A DNA stretch of 64,000 nucleotides from Alphaproteobacteria bacterium (GTDB lineage: Bacteria > Pseudomonadota > Alphaproteobacteria > UBA8366 > Aestuariispiraceae). A program made the translations under genes and the position numbers. Of the stretch, positions 60,009 to 64,000 are shown in pieces; position 1 is the first letter of the stretch; every line of letters starts with the position of its first letter. The DNA lies in NCBI GenBank assembly GCA_024743195.1, contig JANSXE010000011.1:54335-118334 (forward strand), given 5' to 3'. The notes beneath the pieces were generated by a model, which ran no database searches, had not been told where the DNA came from, and saw nothing but the letters and a program-made list of their open reading frames with translations.

Positions 60009-60752
60009 TCATCCGCCGAGGAAGGCCTGCAGGACCTCCTCGTCGCCGAGCAGGGACGCGGCCGCGCCGCTGTAGCGGTCCGCGCCGTTGACCAGCACGA
60101 AGCCGTGCGTCGCCATCTCAAGCGCCTGGCGGGCGTTCTGCTCGACCATCAGGATTCCGACGCCGGTCTTGTGGATGGCGCGGATCAGATCGAGCATCTC
60201 GTCGATCACCTTGGGCGCGAGGCCGGCCGTCGGCTCGTCCAGCATGAGGAGGCGCGGCTCCAGCATCAGCGCCCGGCCGACCGCCAGCATCTGACGCTGG
60301 CCGCCGGACAGCGCGCCGGCCGGCGTCGTGCGCCGCTCCCGCAGCACCGGGAAGAAGCCGTAGACCCGCTCAAGCGCCGCGCCGCGCGCCTTCGGGCGCA
60401 GGATCCCGCCCATTTCCAGATTCTCTTCGATCGAGAGGCTGGGGAAGACGTTGCGCTCCTGGGGAACGTAGCCGAGGCCGCGCGCCGGCAGGTCCTCGGG
60501 CGGCAAGCCGTCGATGCGGACGCCGTCGAAATGGATCTCGCCCGCGCGCAGCGCGACGAAGCCGAACAGGGCCTTCATCGCGGTCGACTTTCCGGCCCCG
60601 TTCGGACCGACGATCACGGTGATCCGGTCCGGCGCCGCCTTCAGGCTGACGCCTTTCAGGATGTCGTCGCCGCCATAGCCGCCGAAGAGCTGGCGCGCTT
60701 CCAGCACGCCCGAGCCGTCGCCCGCTTCCCGCCTGCGGGCGCGCAGGCTCAC
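60009..60752 (-). CDS. ABC transporter ATP-binding protein (LivF-like)
   Basis: 247 aa from GTG 60752 (GTGA overlap with the livG-like stop), with Walker A GPNGAGKST, the signature LSGGQRQML and Walker B LLMLDEP. Confidence 0.85.
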   Translation of the reverse strand: MSLRARRREAGDGSGVLEARQLFGGYGGDDILKGVSLKAAPDRITVIVGPNGAGKSTAMKALFGFVALRAGEIHFDGVRIDGLPPEDLPARGLGYVPQERNVFPSLSIEENLEMGGILRPKARGAALERVYGFFPVLRERRTTPAGALSGGQRQMLAVGRALMLEPRLLMLDEPTAGLAPKVIDEMLDLIRAIHKTGVGILMVEQNARQALEMATHGFVLVNGADRYSGAAASLLGDEEVLQAFLGG

Positions 60753-61531
60753 GACGCCGCCTCCGGCGCCGCGGCGCCGCGCTCGCCCAGATAGGCCTCC
60801 AGGACCCGCCGGTCGCGCCGCAGCTCCGCCATCGAGCCTTGCGCCAGAACGCCGCCATTGGCCATGACGTAGACGCTGTCGCAAAGCTCCGCCACCAGGT
60901 TCATGTCGTGCTCGATCAGGAAGAAGCTGTAGCCCATCTCCGCGCGCATCTGGGCGAGCCGCGCGGAAAGCGTCTTGAGCAGCGTCCGGTTGACGCCCGC
61001 CGCCGGTTCGTCCAGCAGCACGGTTTTCGCGCCGGACATCATCGCCCGCCCGAGCTCCAGGAGCTTCTTCTGACCGCCGGACAGCCGGCCCGCCCGCTCC
61101 TGGCTGAGATGCGACAGCCCAAGAAATTCGAGCGCCTCGAGCGCCTCGGCCGCGATCTCCGCCTCCTGGCGCTGCACCGCGTCCCAGCGGGTCCAGGCCG
61201 CCCACAAGCGCGCGCCGATCTGTCCCGGCGGCGGGATCATCAGATTTTCCAGCACCGTCAGCGTCGAGAACTCCTGCGGGATCTGGAAGGTGCGCACGAG
61301 GCCGAGCCGCGCCAGTTCGAACGGCCGCAGACCCGTGACGTCGCGCCCCTGAAAGCGCACCCGGCCGCCGCTGGGCGCCAGGGCGCCGCCGACGATGTTG
61401 AACAGCGTCGTCTTGCCCGCGCCGTTCGGTCCGACCAGACCGGTGATCGACCCCGCCGGGACCGACAGGCTGCAGTCGCGGATCGCCGTGAACCCGCCGA
61501 AGCGTTTGGACACTCCCTCGACCTCGATCAT
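60749..61531 (-). CDS. ABC transporter ATP-binding protein (LivG-like)
   Basis: 260 aa with Walker A GPNGAGKTT, the signature LSGGQKKLL and Walker B VLLDEP. Confidence 0.88.
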   Translation of the reverse strand: MIEVEGVSKRFGGFTAIRDCSLSVPAGSITGLVGPNGAGKTTLFNIVGGALAPSGGRVRFQGRDVTGLRPFELARLGLVRTFQIPQEFSTLTVLENLMIPPPGQIGARLWAAWTRWDAVQRQEAEIAAEALEALEFLGLSHLSQERAGRLSGGQKKLLELGRAMMSGAKTVLLDEPAAGVNRTLLKTLSARLAQMRAEMGYSFFLIEHDMNLVAELCDSVYVMANGGVLAQGSMAELRRDRRVLEAYLGERGAAAPEAAS

Positions 61532-61732
61532 CGCGGGTTCCGATCTCCTATCCCGTCCGACGCGGCCATCGCCTTGTTCTTAGGGCGCCCGGCGACCGGG
61601 CGGCGGCGCTTCGCGCGGCGTCGCCTCAAGCATTAGCGCAGGGCCGGTTCAAAAAACAAGTCCCATTCGTTTTTGACATTGACGCTAGCATTTTGCCGAT
61701 GGTCTAGTGCCCGTCACCCCCCGAATCGCACG

Positions 61733-62947
61733 ATGGAGCAGACAGTCGTGGACGCGCCCAGCGAGACCCGCCAGACCGCCTTCACGCAGATGCGCGAGCG
61801 CATGCGCACCCTGCCGCTGCAGAACATCGCGGACATCGCGAAGAGCGGCTTCGGCCGCGACGACATCATACCGCTCTGGTTCGGCGAAGGCGATCTGACC
61901 ACGCCCGACTTCATCTGCGACAGCGCCTATGCGGCGATGAAGGCCGGCCACACCTTCTACACCCACCAGAACGGGATTCCGGAGCTGCGCGCGGCGCTCT
62001 CCGACTATCTCTCCCGCCATCACGGGGCGGAGATCGGGACCGAACGGATCAGCGTCACTCCCGGCGGCATGGCCGCGATCCTGGCTGCGATCCAGATGGT
62101 CATGGACGCGGGCGACGAGGTGCTGGTCTTCGATCCCGTCTGGCCGAACGTCCGCGGCGCGGTCCGGATGATGGGGGGCGACGTGCGCAGCGTGCGGATG
62201 GACGCGACGGAGGGCGGCTTCGTCCTCGACCTCGACCGGGTCGAAGCGGCGATGACCGCGCGCACGAAGGCGGTCTTCTTCGCCAGCCCCGGCAACCCGA
62301 CGGGCTGGATCATGCCGCCGGAGCAGCAGGCGGCGCTCCTCGATCTGTGCCGCCGGCGCGGGATCTGGATCATCGCGGACGAGGTCTACACCCGCTTCCA
62401 CTACAGCGGTCCGGCGGGGGCGGCGGGGCCGGCCGCCCCGTCGATGCTGAGCCTCGCCGACGCCGAAGATCTGGTGCTCGTGGTCAACAGCTTCTCGAAA
62501 GCCTGGTGCATGACCGGCTGGCGGCTGGGGTGGCTGACCCATCCGGCGTCGCTGGTCGACACCATGGCGATGGTCGTGCAGTACAACACCAGCGGCGTCG
62601 CGACCTTCCTGCAGCACGCCGGCGCGACCGCGATCCGCGAGGGGGAGCCCTTCGTCGACTTCCTGGTCGACCGCTGCCGCACGGCGCGCGACATCGTCTG
62701 CGACAGCCTGGAGAACCTGCCGCGCATCAGCGGCCTGACGCGGCCGCAGGGCGGTATGTACGTCTATTTCCGCGTCGAGGGCGTCAGCGATTCGCGCGCC
62801 GCCTGCGCCGAAATCCTCAAGCGGACGGGCGTCGGCCTGGCCCCCGGCTTCGCCTTCGGGGACGACGATTTCCTGCGCATCTGCTATTGCAACGACCCGA
62901 AGCGGCTGGAAACCGCGATGGAGCGCCTGCGGCCCGTCTTCATGTAG
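61733..62947 (+). CDS. Class I/II pyridoxal-phosphate-dependent aminotransferase
   Basis: 404 aa from ATG 61733, with GIPELRAAL, the PLP-Lys context NSFSKAWCMTGWRLGW and C-terminal FLRICY. Confidence 0.85.
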   Translation: MEQTVVDAPSETRQTAFTQMRERMRTLPLQNIADIAKSGFGRDDIIPLWFGEGDLTTPDFICDSAYAAMKAGHTFYTHQNGIPELRAALSDYLSRHHGAEIGTERISVTPGGMAAILAAIQMVMDAGDEVLVFDPVWPNVRGAVRMMGGDVRSVRMDATEGGFVLDLDRVEAAMTARTKAVFFASPGNPTGWIMPPEQQAALLDLCRRRGIWIIADEVYTRFHYSGPAGAAGPAAPSMLSLADAEDLVLVVNSFSKAWCMTGWRLGWLTHPASLVDTMAMVVQYNTSGVATFLQHAGATAIREGEPFVDFLVDRCRTARDIVCDSLENLPRISGLTRPQGGMYVYFRVEGVSDSRAACAEILKRTGVGLAPGFAFGDDDFLRICYCNDPKRLETAMERLRPVFM

Positions 62948-63010
62948 CCCCTCTTCATGTAGCCCGCCTTCATGTAGCCCGCCTTCATGTAGCGCGCCGT
63001 CATGGGGCGC
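62937..63010. repeat. 15-bp tandem repeat (about 4.7 units of CTTCATGTAGCCCGC) starting inside the last codons of the aminotransferase gene
   Basis: TTCATGTAGCCC occurs at 62939, 62954 and 62969, TTCATGTAGCGC at 62984, and a degenerate GTCATGGGGCGC at 62999. The first unit contains the real ...F M stop (TAG 62945-62947). Confidence 0.9.
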
Positions 63011-63111
63011 GAGGCGGCCGGGAGTGGGCGTTTCGCGGCTTTTCTTTTTCCGTCCTGCGGTATATCACGTCACCCAATGGAATAACCAATGATGCGGTGG
63101 AGGATCGACCC

Positions 63112-64000
63112 ATGGCGGAGACGACGCGCGTCAGCGCGCTGCTCGATCACGGCGCGGACGACGCCCCGGCCCTGAAGGGGATCGGGCGTCCGGACATGAC
63201 CTACGGCCGGTTGCGCGACCAGTGCGCGCGCGTGCGCCGGCAACTCGCCGCGCGCGGGATCGGGCCCGGCGACCGGGTCGCGATCGTGCTTCCCAACGGG
63301 CCGGAGATGGCCGCCGCCTTCCTCGCCGTCGCGTCGGGCGCGTCGGCGGCGCCGCTCAACCCCGCCTACAAGGAATCCGAGTTCGCCTTCTATCTCGAGG
63401 ACCTTAAACCCAAGCTGGTGATCGTCCAGGCCGGGGACGACAGCCCGGTGCGCGCCGCCGCGTCGGGCCTGGACCTCCCGATGGCGGAGATCGCGGTCGA
63501 CGAGGCCGCGCCCGCCGGCGCCTTCGACCTGTGGGAGGAGGAGGCCGACGCGACCCTGCCCGAGCCCGGGGACGAGGCCTTGGTGCTGCACACCTCCGGC
63601 ACCACCTCGCGGCCGAAGATCGTGCCGCTGACGCAGGCCAATCTCCACGCGTCGGGCGGGAACATCGCGACGACGCTGAAACTGACGCCCGCCGACCACT
63701 GCCTCAACATCATGCCGCTGTTCCACATCCACGGGCTGATCGCGGTGGTGCTGTCCTCGATGAAGGCGGGCGCGTCGGTGTGCTGCACGCCGGGCTTCAA
63801 TGCGCTGAAGTTCCTCGAGTGGGCGGTCGATCAGGCGCCGACCTGGTATTCCGGCGTGCCGACCATGCATCAGACGATCCTGCTGCGCGCCAAGCGCAAT
63901 CCGGAAGCCGTCGCGAAACTGAATTTCCGCTTCGTGCGCTCGTCCTCCGCCTCGCTGCCGCCCGCCGTCTTCCACGAGTTGGGCGAGACCTTCGGCTGCC
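63112..64000 (+). CDS. AMP-dependent synthetase/ligase (acyl-CoA synthetase, oxalyl-CoA-synthetase/AAE3-like), 3' end outside window
   Basis: My own translation from ATG 63112 (GGAGGA Shine-Dalgarno 8 nt upstream) gives MAETTRVSALLDH..., the AMP-binding motif LHTSGTTSRPK, then MPLFHIHG. It is not in the ORF track because no stop occurs before the window end. Confidence 0.8.
   Translation, partial: MAETTRVSALLDHGADDAPALKGIGRPDMTYGRLRDQCARVRRQLAARGIGPGDRVAIVLPNGPEMAAAFLAVASGASAAPLNPAYKESEFAFYLEDLKPKLVIVQAGDDSPVRAAASGLDLPMAEIAVDEAAPAGAFDLWEEEADATLPEPGDEALVLHTSGTTSRPKIVPLTQANLHASGGNIATTLKLTPADHCLNIMPLFHIHGLIAVVLSSMKAGASVCCTPGFNALKFLEWAVDQAPTWYSGVPTMHQTILLRAKRNPEAVAKLNFRFVRSSSASLPPAVFHELGETFGC

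Noticed and set aside
62937-63010. CRISPR array or minisatellite-encoded peptide repeat (also considered for 12533..12592)
   Set aside because: The units are 15 bp and directly abutting, with no spacers, and there are far too few copies. No cas genes are in the window. Every unit carries a stop codon, so no repeat peptide is made.

Overview
High-GC (about 70% by eye) chromosomal segment with alphaproteobacterial-type gene content: cobS-cobT, an alpha-specific TIGR02302/DUF4175 protein, cytochrome c2, etfBA-hbd. It is densely packed with about 55 protein genes, and many are joined by 1-4 nt start/stop overlaps. I found no rRNA, tRNA, CRISPR array, transposase or integrase. Most of the window is housekeeping: argH/lysA, dapD/dapE, clpB, dxs, rpe, etfAB, hbd, cobO. 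Most of the long ORFs in the six-frame track are shadow ORFs or 5' over-extensions, as expected at this GC content. Four things stand out. (1) The main one is a sharply delimited ~2.1 kb low-GC islet (about 18.95-21.1 kb). It carries a single 682-aa P-loop NTPase with NACHT/STAND-type Walker motifs, a possible C-terminal winged helix, no recognisable effector domain and no partner gene. It is wedged between conserved housekeeping genes and has a 9-bp direct repeat near each end. I consider it the best candidate for an undescribed single-gene defence or conflict system. (2) A translationally coupled pair of a BBOX-type Fe/2OG dioxygenase and an HD-domain diiron-oxygenase-like protein (23.6-25.4 kb) resembles the PhnY/PhnZ and TmpA/TmpB oxidative C-P lyase logic. 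(3) A probable N-heterocycle (hydroxypyridine/nicotinate-type) catabolic cluster lies at 45.3-56.4 kb, with a NicX-like ring-cleavage dioxygenase, a three-subunit molybdenum hydroxylase, CoxG, TetR, two alpha/beta hydrolases and a TRAP transporter. (4) Smaller curiosities are an orphan periplasmic binding protein next to an orphan histidine kinase, two 15-bp tandem repeats that reiterate stop-codon contexts in frame, and an unusually long, compositionally mixed leader upstream of a BCCT transporter. All functional calls come from reading motifs by eye. No database search was run.
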